From a virus (lineage: Duplodnaviria > Caudoviricetes), in the IMG/VR virus record IMGVR_UViG_3300028024_000011, positions 1 to 57,620 of that record: a stretch of 57,620 nt of DNA, one strand, 5' to 3'. Numbering within the stretch: the stretch's first letter is position 1; each line of letters begins with the position of its first letter. The position numbers and the translations under genes are program-made. Below, in pieces: positions 38,760-47,038 of this stretch. The notes beneath the pieces were generated by a model. That model was not told where the DNA came from. It searched no databases and worked only from the letters and a program-made list of their open reading frames with translations.

Positions 38760-39041
38760 CTACATACCGGCGAGATGGATCACGGTACGCGACGTTCCCA
38801 CTACGATCAGGATAAACGCCGACAGCGCCAGACTCGCGGCCACGAGCGCCCACGCCACGTGTGCGACTGCCCACAGCCACCGTGCCGCGTACTCACACAC
38901 AACCTCGAAGGTTTGCATGCCCTCTTCGATCGCCGGCACGTAGTAGTCAGACGTTCCGATAGGCTCGGATGTCCCGAATGATTCGCCGGGCAATGGTTCG
39001 TAGCTGACGCCTTCGGTGCTACTGACAATGGTCCTCATCAT
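38760..39041 (-). CDS. Membrane protein
   Basis: C-terminal TM; AGGGGG RBS. Confidence 0.5.
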   Translation of the reverse strand: MMRTIVSSTEGVSYEPLPGESFGTSEPIGTSDYYVPAIEEGMQTFEVVCEYAARWLWAVAHVAWALVAASLALSAFILIVVGTSRTVIHLAGM

Positions 39042-39550
39042 GCCCCCTGTTGCCGTTCTTGCCAGATCATGCCACAGCCGATAACTCGCCACTCGCCATC
39101 GGCTCGACGCGTCTTCCGGCAGAAAAACTCGCCGTCTTCGTTGATCTCGACGCCGGCCTGTTCGCAAAACGGACAGCGCTTGACGTCGTCCGCTTGCACG
39201 ATCCGGCGCCGCCCCAGGTTGAGCGGCGACCACCACGCGCGATCGTTTGGGTTGTTCGGTGCAATCGCCACCGGCCGCTGTGTTCGCTCAACGACACATC
39301 CGGACAGACAGCGTGCCGTGTAGCTCGGCCAGTCGAAATCAAGAACCATCGATCCGCACGCGGCACACCAGTACGGTACGCCCGGCGGCATCGACTTCCG
39401 TCGCCGGCTGACATCCGCCCACGTGATGCCGGCCGGCGGTAAGCCCTGCCGTTCCGGCATCACGTGAATGACTGGCTCGGGCTGAGCTACGGCCGTAGTG
39501 GGCGCCGGGGCCGGTTGCTGGCGCCGGCGCGGTAGGATGCGCTCAGCCAT
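39038..39550 (-). CDS. Double zinc-ribbon hypothetical protein
   Basis: CAAC, CLSGC, CPFC..C..C. Confidence 0.6.
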   Translation of the reverse strand: MAERILPRRRQQPAPAPTTAVAQPEPVIHVMPERQGLPPAGITWADVSRRRKSMPPGVPYWCAACGSMVLDFDWPSYTARCLSGCVVERTQRPVAIAPNNPNDRAWWSPLNLGRRRIVQADDVKRCPFCEQAGVEINEDGEFFCRKTRRADGEWRVIGCGMIWQERQQGA

Positions 39551-39794
39551 CGACGTCTCGCCCTTCGGTATCAATGATCCGCCAGCCACGTTCCGGCAAC
39601 AGATCGTCCGGCACGATCACGAACGGTATACCCATGATCTCGTTACGCACCGGGTTGACGCGGGTAGCGAATCCCTGTTCGCGATCACATAGGCGATTTA
39701 ACGCGGCCGGCGAAATGCGGATCTCGCACGGAATCCGTAGCCGTCGAGCCATCTGGCGCGCTCGCTCGATACCCGGGGCTGGATCGTCAGTCAT
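39543..39794 (-). CDS. Hypothetical protein
   Basis: ORF coupled to neighbours. Confidence 0.5.
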   Translation of the reverse strand: MTDDPAPGIERARQMARRLRIPCEIRISPAALNRLCDREQGFATRVNPVRNEIMGIPFVIVPDDLLPERGWRIIDTEGRDVDG

Positions 39795-40113
39795 GGCAGT
39801 GTCTTCGTCCGTTACAAGATGGCTGAGCATCGATCGCGCGGCCAGCGCTCGCCGGTTCGTTCGGTTGCAATGGCGCCGGCGTTGGCTCGCGACAGATCAC
39901 TAACACAAGCTCGGGGCGGATCTGCACCGGCTGAGCCGTGCCCGGACTCGCACAGTGGACGTATGCCTGATCTGGCGGTGTGAGCGGGCCAACGATGATT
40001 GGCAAGTGTTCGGATTCGTTCGCGCGGACCACCGCGGCCACCGTGCCAACCATGCCCATGAACGCGGCGGCTATGGCGCAAGCGATCGTGAGTTTTCGTG
40101 TCATGCGTGTCAT
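39787..40113 (-). CDS. Membrane-anchored/secreted hypothetical protein
   Basis: N-terminal signal/TM; GGAG RBS. Confidence 0.55.
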   Translation of the reverse strand: MTRMTRKLTIACAIAAAFMGMVGTVAAVVRANESEHLPIIVGPLTPPDQAYVHCASPGTAQPVQIRPELVLVICREPTPAPLQPNEPASAGRAIDAQPSCNGRRHCHD

Positions 40114-40661
40114 GTCTGACTCCGTTTCTTCGGTAGGATCCGGCCATCGCTCGGTGCCGGTGCTTTCGGGAAACCCTCGAAGGGTCGGTATCGTGCCAGG
40201 ATGGCGACGTACCGTTCTACAAATCCTTTCACGGTCTCGTCACGCTCGGCCCGTAGCGCCTCGATCTCGGCGTACAACACCGGGTCATCATGATAGAATT
40301 TGTTGGTATCGCTGTTACCGATCAGGTCGCCGCTTTCACTACGATACCGCTCGTGTCCGTCCTGTGTGACGACTTCCACAACCCGGTGACGCCGCGGTAG
40401 TTCGAGCTTACGCGCGCTCTCTTCCCTGACTGTGTTGTGGTACGCGCCTTCACGTACGCGGCTGTCCAACCACCACGGCAACGAGACGAGCGCGACCGGA
40501 TCGACAGCAAGCCGGCCGATCAAGCGCCGAAGCTCGGCCAGCGCCTTACGTCTGACGATCTTCTGACCTACCCTTGCCATAAACGAGCCGGACTCAGTGT
40601 CGAGATAGATGTCTATCCCGTTGAACTGTTCGACCTTCGTCCCGGCTAGGTAGGTGCGCAT
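40110..40661 (-). CDS. Hypothetical protein (183 aa)
   Basis: GAGG RBS immediately after periodic tract 3. Confidence 0.7.
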   Translation of the reverse strand: MRTYLAGTKVEQFNGIDIYLDTESGSFMARVGQKIVRRKALAELRRLIGRLAVDPVALVSLPWWLDSRVREGAYHNTVREESARKLELPRRHRVVEVVTQDGHERYRSESGDLIGNSDTNKFYHDDPVLYAEIEALRAERDETVKGFVERYVAILARYRPFEGFPKAPAPSDGRILPKKRSQT

Positions 40662-40676
40662 CGTCTCGTTACCTCT

Positions 40677-41050
40677 GTGTGGCTGCCCGGTTGCACGTTT
40701 GTGCGGTTGTCCCGCGAGTGACTATGTTGGACGGGTTGTACGTTTGTGATGGCGGATGGTTGACCGTTTGTCCGTTTGTCTGAATCGCCGTTGTGGCCGT
40801 GCACACGTCCGGGGATCTGATTTTGTCGGATGGTCGGCTGTTCGTACGATCGTTTGCTATGTCGGATGGCTGGCCGTACGATGATCGCGGCAGAACGGAT
40901 GTGCGTACGTTCGGTCGCGTTGACGGTGGTACGCCGGCATGTTCGATCGGATGTTATCGCGCTCGTTTGTGCGTGCGGTCGGCTCGGCCACGATGGTAGC
41001 ACGACAGCACGGGATGTGTCGTTCGCGTGTAGGTTTGGCACGTTCGGTCA
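40677..41050 (-). ncRNA. 4-nt periodic array, tract 3 (candidate guide RNA array)
   Basis: + strand in-phase tetramers: 9/9 GNNY at 40677-40712; G-first 16/18 at 40714-40785, 13/14 at 40828-40883, 22/24 at 40889-40984. Confidence 0.7.
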
Positions 41051-41070
41051 AGGGCTCGTCCTACAGCCCG

Positions 41071-41616
41071 CTAACTCGCCTGTTCGCCCTCCTGTGCGAC
41101 GGCTTCGGCGTTCGATCGATCGAGTGATACGCGCCGGCCAATCGCCGCGCCCTCGATCACAGCCGAGCTTACGGCCGCCGCGGCTTCGGCGGCAACCGCC
41201 GACTCGTCTATGGTCGGATCGAGCGTGACCAGTAGCGCAACCTGAGAGCGGTACGCGGCCGGGCCCTCGATCGAGAGGTACCGCTGTATCGACATGATCG
41301 TCTCGCGCTTGTGGATGTTGTCGGCGGCCATCATGCGCGACAGCCGGCTGACGTTGACACGGCCGCCGCGCCGATCCGCCGCGAACGAGCGCACACCGTC
41401 CTGCCGAGCCGTCTGTAGGTAGCGCTGTAGCTCGCCCTTGACGTGTGCTCGCTGGAGTGCGTCGCCGCTCGGCTCAATCCTGAGAGTACCGGCGGCTTGC
41501 TCGTTCATCAGCCGCGCCATCAGGTCATCCGGACTCAGGTACAGATCATCATCGATCTGTAGTGCATCGGCTATGGCGATCGGTTCGCCCGTCTCGACGT
41601 CGATGATTCGTAGCAT
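41071..41616 (-). CDS. Hypothetical protein embedded between periodic arrays
   Basis: AGGGGG RBS; helical, possible HTH at GRVNVSRLSRMM. Confidence 0.7.
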   Translation of the reverse strand: MLRIIDVETGEPIAIADALQIDDDLYLSPDDLMARLMNEQAAGTLRIEPSGDALQRAHVKGELQRYLQTARQDGVRSFAADRRGGRVNVSRLSRMMAADNIHKRETIMSIQRYLSIEGPAAYRSQVALLVTLDPTIDESAVAAEAAAAVSSAVIEGAAIGRRVSLDRSNAEAVAQEGEQAS

Positions 41617-41638
41617 ATATCCCCCTGGTGGTTTAGAT

Positions 41639-41662
41639 GCCCCGGCGATTGCTCGCCGGGGC
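41639..41662 (-). terminator. Hairpin with GCAA tetraloop at 3' end of tract 2b
   Basis: 10-bp perfect stem; loop reads GCAA (GNRA) on minus. Confidence 0.65.
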
Positions 41663-42000
41663 TTCGTTCTTTTGTTCGACCGCGCCCTCGGTAAGCCGCT
41701 CGGATGACTGCTCAGCGGCTAGAGTGGGTGATTGCCCGTCCGGTAGGGTGCTCGTGTGTGCGTTCACTCGCCGCGCCCGGCGATCGTCAGGGCCGGGACT
41801 CGGATACTGGCGGCTTTCTCGGTTCGTTTGCGCGCGATCATGATCGCATGTCTGAATGAACATCGGCCCGCGCGATCAGATAACGGTTCGTTCGGACGGA
41901 TGCGAGTCGGTATCGGGGGAAAGATCGATAGGTGCGTATGGCTGGCTGTTCGCCAGAATGATCGAGACGCGCCCGTCGTCATTGGCGCTACTCAGTTGTG
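41663..42000 (-). ncRNA. 4-nt periodic array, tract 2b
   Basis: G at 22/27 in-phase positions 41666-41770 (12 consecutive 41718-41762); further runs at 41842-41913 and 41932-41967. Confidence 0.7.
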
Positions 42001-42002
42001 GT

Positions 42003-42034
42003 GCCCGGCTGGCCGTATCAGGTACCAGCCGGGC
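42003..42034 (-). other. Hairpin separating tracts 2a and 2b
   Basis: GCCCGGCTGG-N12-CCAGCCGGGC. Confidence 0.6.
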
Positions 42035-42059
42035 TATGGCAATGTTGTGGGGTTCTGGG

Positions 42060-42379
42060 GTTCGTCGCTCGTGAGCCGGTACGCTCGTTCGTCCGGAAGA
42101 GTAGGCGCTTGTTCGCTAGCATGCACGTCGGCTTGTTCGCCTACCTGCAAGTACGATCGTTCAGTTACCTTATACGGCCGTCTGATCGTTCGTTCGCCCG
42201 TCTGGTGTCAGGGCCGATGATTCGCCCGTCCTGTCGATAGCACGGCTGTGCGGACGTACTAGAGTCTTCGAGGTTGCAAGGCTACGCTGTCGACCGTCCG
42301 GACGCTTGCACGTACGCTATCGCGTGTGCCGGATTGTTCGTGAGCCACGCGCGTTCGTCAGCGTGCATGCTCGGGTGAA
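42060..42379 (-). ncRNA. 4-nt periodic array, tract 2a
   Basis: 22/24 G-first tetramers at 42067-42162; at 42176-42347, 35/43 begin with G and 32/43 end in C/T in a single phase. Confidence 0.75.
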
Positions 42380-43420
42380 CTAGCCGGCGCCGTTGACTCG
42401 ACGGACGCTGCCCACCACACGGGCGCGCGGGTCAACCTCAGCCGCGCCCACCGGTAGCGCCGCGTAGACCGCTCGCTCGGGTGTTGGTTCGTTCGTCGGT
42501 CGGCTCGTGCTGGCGCTCGTTTGAACGCTCGCGGTGACGCTCGGCGCGGTCGGGTACGGCCAGACCTCTTTACCGTCCACCACGAGACTGTGACAGATCA
42601 CGAGTCCCCAGTTGCCACCCTTGCCCATGCCGGCCGCGCTGATGCCGGTCCGTTCGACCTGATCGAACAGGCGCACGAGGTATGACGTCGAGAAGTGCGA
42701 CAGCGGCACCGTCATATGCAGCGTGCTCACGACATCACAGATGGACTCGTGGATGATCTCGCCCACAGCCTGACCGCGGACGTTGGTCGGTCGACGGACG
42801 GACTTGCCGATCACGGTCTCCGGCGGAAACACGATCGGGCCAACGCCGACATGGGACCATGCCACGTCGGGCAGCGTGCGACGGACACCGCCACGATCGA
42901 TCGTAATGGTTGAGTCCATCTGATCAGCGCTTTTCATCAGCGCGACGCGAATCCATCCACCCCAGATCATCGGGCCGCCGGGCTCGATAAACCGCGTCTT
43001 GTCGCTCGGGTTGCGCATGCGCGCTTTCAGACGCGGAAAGAACGCGATGCCCTGCTCGCCGGGCTCCGTGATCGGCCCGAGCGTTGCCGTCACCCATTCC
43101 AGCGTGGCGACCACCGGCGCGTACTGCGCGTATGGCGCCACGTAGCGAGACTCTAGCTTCGCTTGCATGTCTCCGAGCGAGCTACGGCCGTTCGCCGTGA
43201 TCTGCCAGCCGGACTCGGCATTGCGCCGCGTGAGCTTGCCGTCACGGTCAAGCACGATGATCTGACGCTCAATCTGCGTACGGAGGCGCTTCGCGTCCGC
43301 TTCGTCGTCGGGCTGATGCAGCGCCGCGACATTCTCGACAACCTCCGTCGTCATCAGTTCGCCGGACTCGGCAACCGTCGTGATGATTGCCAGTTGAATC
43401 ACGTTATTGTTGATCGCCAC
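42380..43420 (-). CDS. Winged-helix + RAMP (Cas7-like) fusion protein
   Basis: N-term wHTH-like (..LDRDGKLTR..GWQITANGR); RAMP-like motif order ATLEWVTATLG / FPR / PMIWGGWIRVALMKSA / IHESI / G-rich loop GISAAGMGKGGNWGLV; GTG start, AGGGG RBS. Confidence 0.65.
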   Translation of the reverse strand: MAINNNVIQLAIITTVAESGELMTTEVVENVAALHQPDDEADAKRLRTQIERQIIVLDRDGKLTRRNAESGWQITANGRSSLGDMQAKLESRYVAPYAQYAPVVATLEWVTATLGPITEPGEQGIAFFPRLKARMRNPSDKTRFIEPGGPMIWGGWIRVALMKSADQMDSTITIDRGGVRRTLPDVAWSHVGVGPIVFPPETVIGKSVRRPTNVRGQAVGEIIHESICDVVSTLHMTVPLSHFSTSYLVRLFDQVERTGISAAGMGKGGNWGLVICHSLVVDGKEVWPYPTAPSVTASVQTSASTSRPTNEPTPERAVYAALPVGAAEVDPRARVVGSVRRVNGAG

Positions 43421-43447
43421 GTGTGTACCCCTGTCTTCGTGTGTGAT

Positions 43448-43488
43448 GCCCGTAGCCGCGGAAGGGTAGGCTACTCACGGCTACGGGC
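43448..43488 (-). other. Hairpin at 3' end of tract 1, before the RAMP RBS
   Basis: GCCCGTAGCCG...CGGCTACGGGC 11-bp stem. Confidence 0.6.
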
Positions 43489-43499
43489 TCCTGTGCAAT

Positions 43500-43740
43500 A
43501 TCGCCGGTCTGATCACTGGCCGTAGGCGGCCCCCTGCACCTAGTCTGTGAGCGGATCACCTGACGTACTCCCCGCGCGGTTGCGCGATCGTATGTGTAAC
43601 TGTATGGTCGGCTGCCGTGTCGTGTGAAAAGAGCGCTGGTATGTGATGTCGTGCGGTCGTTGGGCCGCTACTACGAGTGCTGGTCTGTACGTGTGTCGGG
43701 CTGTACGTTCGTGTTGCCGTGCGTACGTGCGTACGGCGGT
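43500..43740 (-). ncRNA. 4-nt periodic array, tract 1
   Basis: 12/14 G-first tetramers at 43574-43629; 15/16 at 43683-43746. Confidence 0.7.
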
Positions 43741-45215
43741 TAGCTACCTCGCCCCGATCGCGCCGGCCGTCGTCCGGACGCGCCGGGCTTCGGTACCGCG
43801 TTCACAGCCGCCGGCCGCGTCGCCGCCGGACGTAGGGTACGGGCCGCCTGACGCTTTGCCGTCAGATCGCGGGCCACGGCCGCCTGATCAACGACCACCG
43901 GCGACGCGTCAACGGTCCTGGTCTGCTCGCCGGCTTCGGTGTCTTCGTCGCCGGCTTCGGCCAGTTGCGCAAGCTCGGCCGCGTCGGCTGCCGCGTCCGC
44001 TTCCTCGCGATCGATTTCCTCTTGCCGCAAACGCTCGGCTACGTCGTCGTCTTCGTCGTCGTCTTCGTCGTCGGATGCCGCTGAGTCGTCCTCAGCGTCG
44101 TCTGGCGCGGCTTCGTCGTCCTCGGCGGCCTCCGGCTCGTCTTCGGCCGTCTCGGGCACCGTAACACGCTCCGGCTCGCCTTGCTCGGCCATGTACTCGG
44201 CCAGTCGCCCGAGATAGTCGTGAGCGGCCAGCACGTTCGCTTCGATCTCGCTGTACGGCAGTGGCGCCCCGGTGTCCGGGAACATCACGTCAGCCCAGAC
44301 GGTTTCAATCGTGACGGTCTGACGAAGCTCCGCGAGCCGCATAATGGCGTCAAGCACGGCCGCGCCGTTCGCCGGGCCGGTCCGATCGGATGGGCTGATG
44401 ATCAGGTCCGGCTGCACTGACGCGCTGGCGTCCTCGATCGGTGCCGCGCCGGTACACGCCGGGCATGTTTCAAGATCCATTACCCAATGACGGACGCACG
44501 ATGGGCAGTGCCACGCCATGACCGGGTAGTACGCTTCGCACTCTTCGGACGCACACTCCCAGTCGTCATTAGAGATGGGCCGCGTCTCTGGGATGACCTC
44601 ACCTTCGTACGTGCCACTCGGAGCTACGCGAGCGGCCGGCGCGGTACCGTTCGATCGTGGCCGCGCCACGTCGGCCGGGGCGATGGTGTCAATGTTGCCG
44701 GTACCGGCCTTGATTTCGCGGACGATCGCGGTCAACTCGGTTGCGCTGAATCCGTCCGCGATAGCCCGATCGAGCAGTTTATCCGCCTGATCGTCCGGCA
44801 GCGATGACACGGCCCGGTGATGCGTCCACGTCAGTTCTACCCGTCGACGCTCAGGCGGAAACTTCGCGGCCACGCTCACGATGTTGCGCAGTGAGCCCGG
44901 ATCGAGTCCGAACGCGTCGAGCGCTTGCGCGTACTTCTGGCCGTAGCGCTTTTCGCCGGCGTTGAGCAAGTCGCCTTGCCAGAACCGGGAGACCTCGCGC
45001 AGTTGACCGACTGTCTCGGTAACCTCGTTCCAGTCCTCGATAGAGAGTCGCGACGGGATGATCGCCGCGGTACGCGTGAACTGAATGCGCTTCAGCGTCA
45101 TGATAGGCGTGTCATCGCGGGCCGCGATAGCTGTGGTCGCCGGCGCTTCGTCCGCTGTCTCGGGTGCCACCGGCGCGCTGTCGTCGGCTGCCGTCTTGTT
45201 CGCTGACTTTGGCAT
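43740..45215 (-). CDS. LmbU-family-like DNA-binding protein with Zn finger and acidic tail
   Basis: FWQGDLL..GE.RYG.KY.QA, LRNIVSVA.KFP.ERRR.ELTW.HH.AV..L; C....C/CPSC/CPAC; start MPKSAN with GGAAGG RBS. Confidence 0.75.
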   Translation of the reverse strand: MPKSANKTAADDSAPVAPETADEAPATTAIAARDDTPIMTLKRIQFTRTAAIIPSRLSIEDWNEVTETVGQLREVSRFWQGDLLNAGEKRYGQKYAQALDAFGLDPGSLRNIVSVAAKFPPERRRVELTWTHHRAVSSLPDDQADKLLDRAIADGFSATELTAIVREIKAGTGNIDTIAPADVARPRSNGTAPAARVAPSGTYEGEVIPETRPISNDDWECASEECEAYYPVMAWHCPSCVRHWVMDLETCPACTGAAPIEDASASVQPDLIISPSDRTGPANGAAVLDAIMRLAELRQTVTIETVWADVMFPDTGAPLPYSEIEANVLAAHDYLGRLAEYMAEQGEPERVTVPETAEDEPEAAEDDEAAPDDAEDDSAASDDEDDDEDDDVAERLRQEEIDREEADAAADAAELAQLAEAGDEDTEAGEQTRTVDASPVVVDQAAVARDLTAKRQAARTLRPAATRPAAVNAVPKPGASGRRPARSGRGS

Positions 45216-45216
45216 G

Positions 45217-45834
45217 TTAGTACCTTCCGTGTTCGTTCGTGTGTGAAATGTCATCCTGAGATGACATTTCACCGCCGCGCATCGTGCCGAATTCTCGTTC
45301 GCTCAGTAGTGCTAACTCGGCTAGCGCGGTCATGGATCGGCATAGCCCATCCACATAGACGTTGTATTCGCTGTACCCGTCCTGACTGATATCCTCGCCC
45401 CGGCTTGCCCTCTCTTTCTGCTCCGCGAGCTTGCGCTGTATTGGGTGGCCGTGTAGGTGCTGCCACGCAGTGACCGCGCCACGACGGCGTAGCTGTCGGT
45501 TCTGACGGATGCGCCAATCAGCCGGGATGCTGCGCAGTGAGCTACGGCTATCCGTCCACCAGCCATAGGCTACTCGCGAGTCCGTCCAGACCGTGACATG
45601 CTCGGTGTCTCCGAGATGTTCCAGTCCGTCGAGAATCGCGTAGTACTCGGCCTGATTGTTCGTGCCCTCGGGCCAGCCGACATCGGGGCGGATGGGTAGC
45701 TCGCTGGCCCGGATCCATCCGCAACGCTCGGCCACAATCTCGCCGGACTCGACGCGGCACCACGCCCACGTGATGGCTTGCCGGGTCGGATTCCGCCCGA
45801 GCAAACCGCCATCCGTGTACAGCGCAATCGCCAC
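45217..45834 (-). CDS. RNase HI-like protein
   Basis: LYTDGG, TNNQAEY.AI..GL, VWTDS, N.YVD catalytic motif set. Confidence 0.85.
   Translation of the reverse strand: MAIALYTDGGLLGRNPTRQAITWAWCRVESGEIVAERCGWIRASELPIRPDVGWPEGTNNQAEYYAILDGLEHLGDTEHVTVWTDSRVAYGWWTDSRSSLRSIPADWRIRQNRQLRRRGAVTAWQHLHGHPIQRKLAEQKERASRGEDISQDGYSEYNVYVDGLCRSMTALAELALLSEREFGTMRGGEMSSQDDISHTNEHGRY
45243..45272. promoter_or_regulatory. Palindrome copy 10
   Basis: GTGAAATGTCATC-CTGA-GATGACATTTCAC, about 30 bp upstream of the LmbU-like start. Confidence 0.85.
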
Positions 45835-45890
45835 GTCTTGCCCCCTGTAGTGATCTGCTCAGCCCTCCTGCATTGGGCCGAGCAGATCCG

Positions 45891-45927
45891 CCGTTGCCAG
45901 TATACACGCGTGGCCGTTACCACGCAA
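45891..45927 (-). promoter_or_regulatory. Sigma70 promoter of the RNase H/LmbU/RAMP operon
   Basis: TTGCGT-17bp-TATACT with GTGGTAACGG and TGGCAACGG boxes. Confidence 0.7.
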
Positions 45928-45940
45928 GCACCCGGGACCA

Positions 45941-47038
45941 CTAATCGCGCAGATCCGGGCCATCCATGATGATCGGCCGTCCGCTCATGCGTCGGATGCG
46001 CCCAAACAAACGGTCTCCGAGATGATCCACCAGCCCAACCCGTAGCTCCGGATCCGCTGACGTCGGATCGCCGGCTGGCGGGTAGTTCGACGTGAACAAC
46101 GTGCGTAGCCCGAGCTTTTGCCCGAAGTTATGCCGGTGGTTGACGATCTGGTAGAACCGGTCCCCGGCGTAGTCGGTCGGCTTTTCCGCGCCCAGGTCAT
46201 CGAAGATCAGCCACGGCACATTCTTCAGCGTGTCGAGTATCTGATTTTCTGACGGATCGGCATCGGGCGGAAACCCGGATTTGAGCAGTTGCAGGAAATC
46301 CGGCAGCGTGCGGAAGATTACGGACTCCCCGCGTCGCGCAAGCTCGAATCCCACGCCGGCCGCTAGCGACGTTTTACCCCGGCCGGCCTTGCCACAGATC
46401 AGCGCGAATGGGTACTCAACCGTCATATCGAGCCATTCCGCGAGCTTGCGGGCGGCCCGGCGGTCGGGATGATCGCGCCACGAATACGACTCGTAATGTG
46501 ATGGCAGCCCGGATTCACGCAGCACGCGTGAGACCTTCCGCTGTCGGTAGTCAGCCCGGCCAACCGCTATCGCCGCGTCGTCTCGTGCCTTGCGTGCCCT
46601 GCCCTCACGACACGTGCAGTGCTCGCGCAGAACCTCGATTTCCTCCACGACACCGGCGTGCGCTTCGTCGTCGTATGTCCCGGTGGGTTTCGGTAGGTAG
46701 CGCGGCTGTCGACCACCGTAGCCCAGACACCAGCAATCTACCGGCCGCTTTTCGCGCAGTTCATCGCGGATCGCGGCTAGCTCGATCTGGCGCCGTAGCT
46801 CGGTAACCCGACCTTGAATGGCGACGCGCTGGCGACCGCTTGCCGTCGTCAACGACAACTCAGCCGCCGTGAGCGCGTCGTGCAGATCGTCGGTATCCGG
46901 GATCGTCTGAAGCCGTAGCGCTGACGTGTTCGTCGGCTGCTCGGCGTGCTCGCGAGCCGCGGCCAGCACTTTGGCTAGCTGATCGTTCGGCAACTTCAGA
47001 TCGTCCAGCCACGCTATCGCGCTAAGCGTCGTCGTCAT
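45941..47038 (-). CDS. DnaC/IstB-like ATPase (helicase loader)
   Basis: GKAGRGKT, LIFDDLGAEK, FTSN, Zn motif CWC..CTC. Confidence 0.88.
   Translation of the reverse strand: MTTTLSAIAWLDDLKLPNDQLAKVLAAAREHAEQPTNTSALRLQTIPDTDDLHDALTAAELSLTTASGRQRVAIQGRVTELRRQIELAAIRDELREKRPVDCWCLGYGGRQPRYLPKPTGTYDDEAHAGVVEEIEVLREHCTCREGRARKARDDAAIAVGRADYRQRKVSRVLRESGLPSHYESYSWRDHPDRRAARKLAEWLDMTVEYPFALICGKAGRGKTSLAAGVGFELARRGESVIFRTLPDFLQLLKSGFPPDADPSENQILDTLKNVPWLIFDDLGAEKPTDYAGDRFYQIVNHRHNFGQKLGLRTLFTSNYPPAGDPTSADPELRVGLVDHLGDRLFGRIRRMSGRPIIMDGPDLRD

Noticed and set aside
40677-40712. Array NN strings targeting the phage's own palindrome
   Set aside because: A by-eye test of one unit with a 1-nt gap showed no match; not exhaustive, so it needs a computational search.
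40646-42240. ORF-track proteins overlapping the periodic tracts (e.g. 40646-41041, 41633-41863, 41756-42220)
   Set aside because: No convincing RBS, and the RTN/ERT/SFVR-type composition is a by-product of the 4-nt periodicity, which is incompatible with codon structure.
40677-43740. Canonical CRISPR array or simple microsatellite
   Set aside because: No identical 25-40-nt repeats separated by spacers, and no single tetramer repeated; only two of four positions are constrained.
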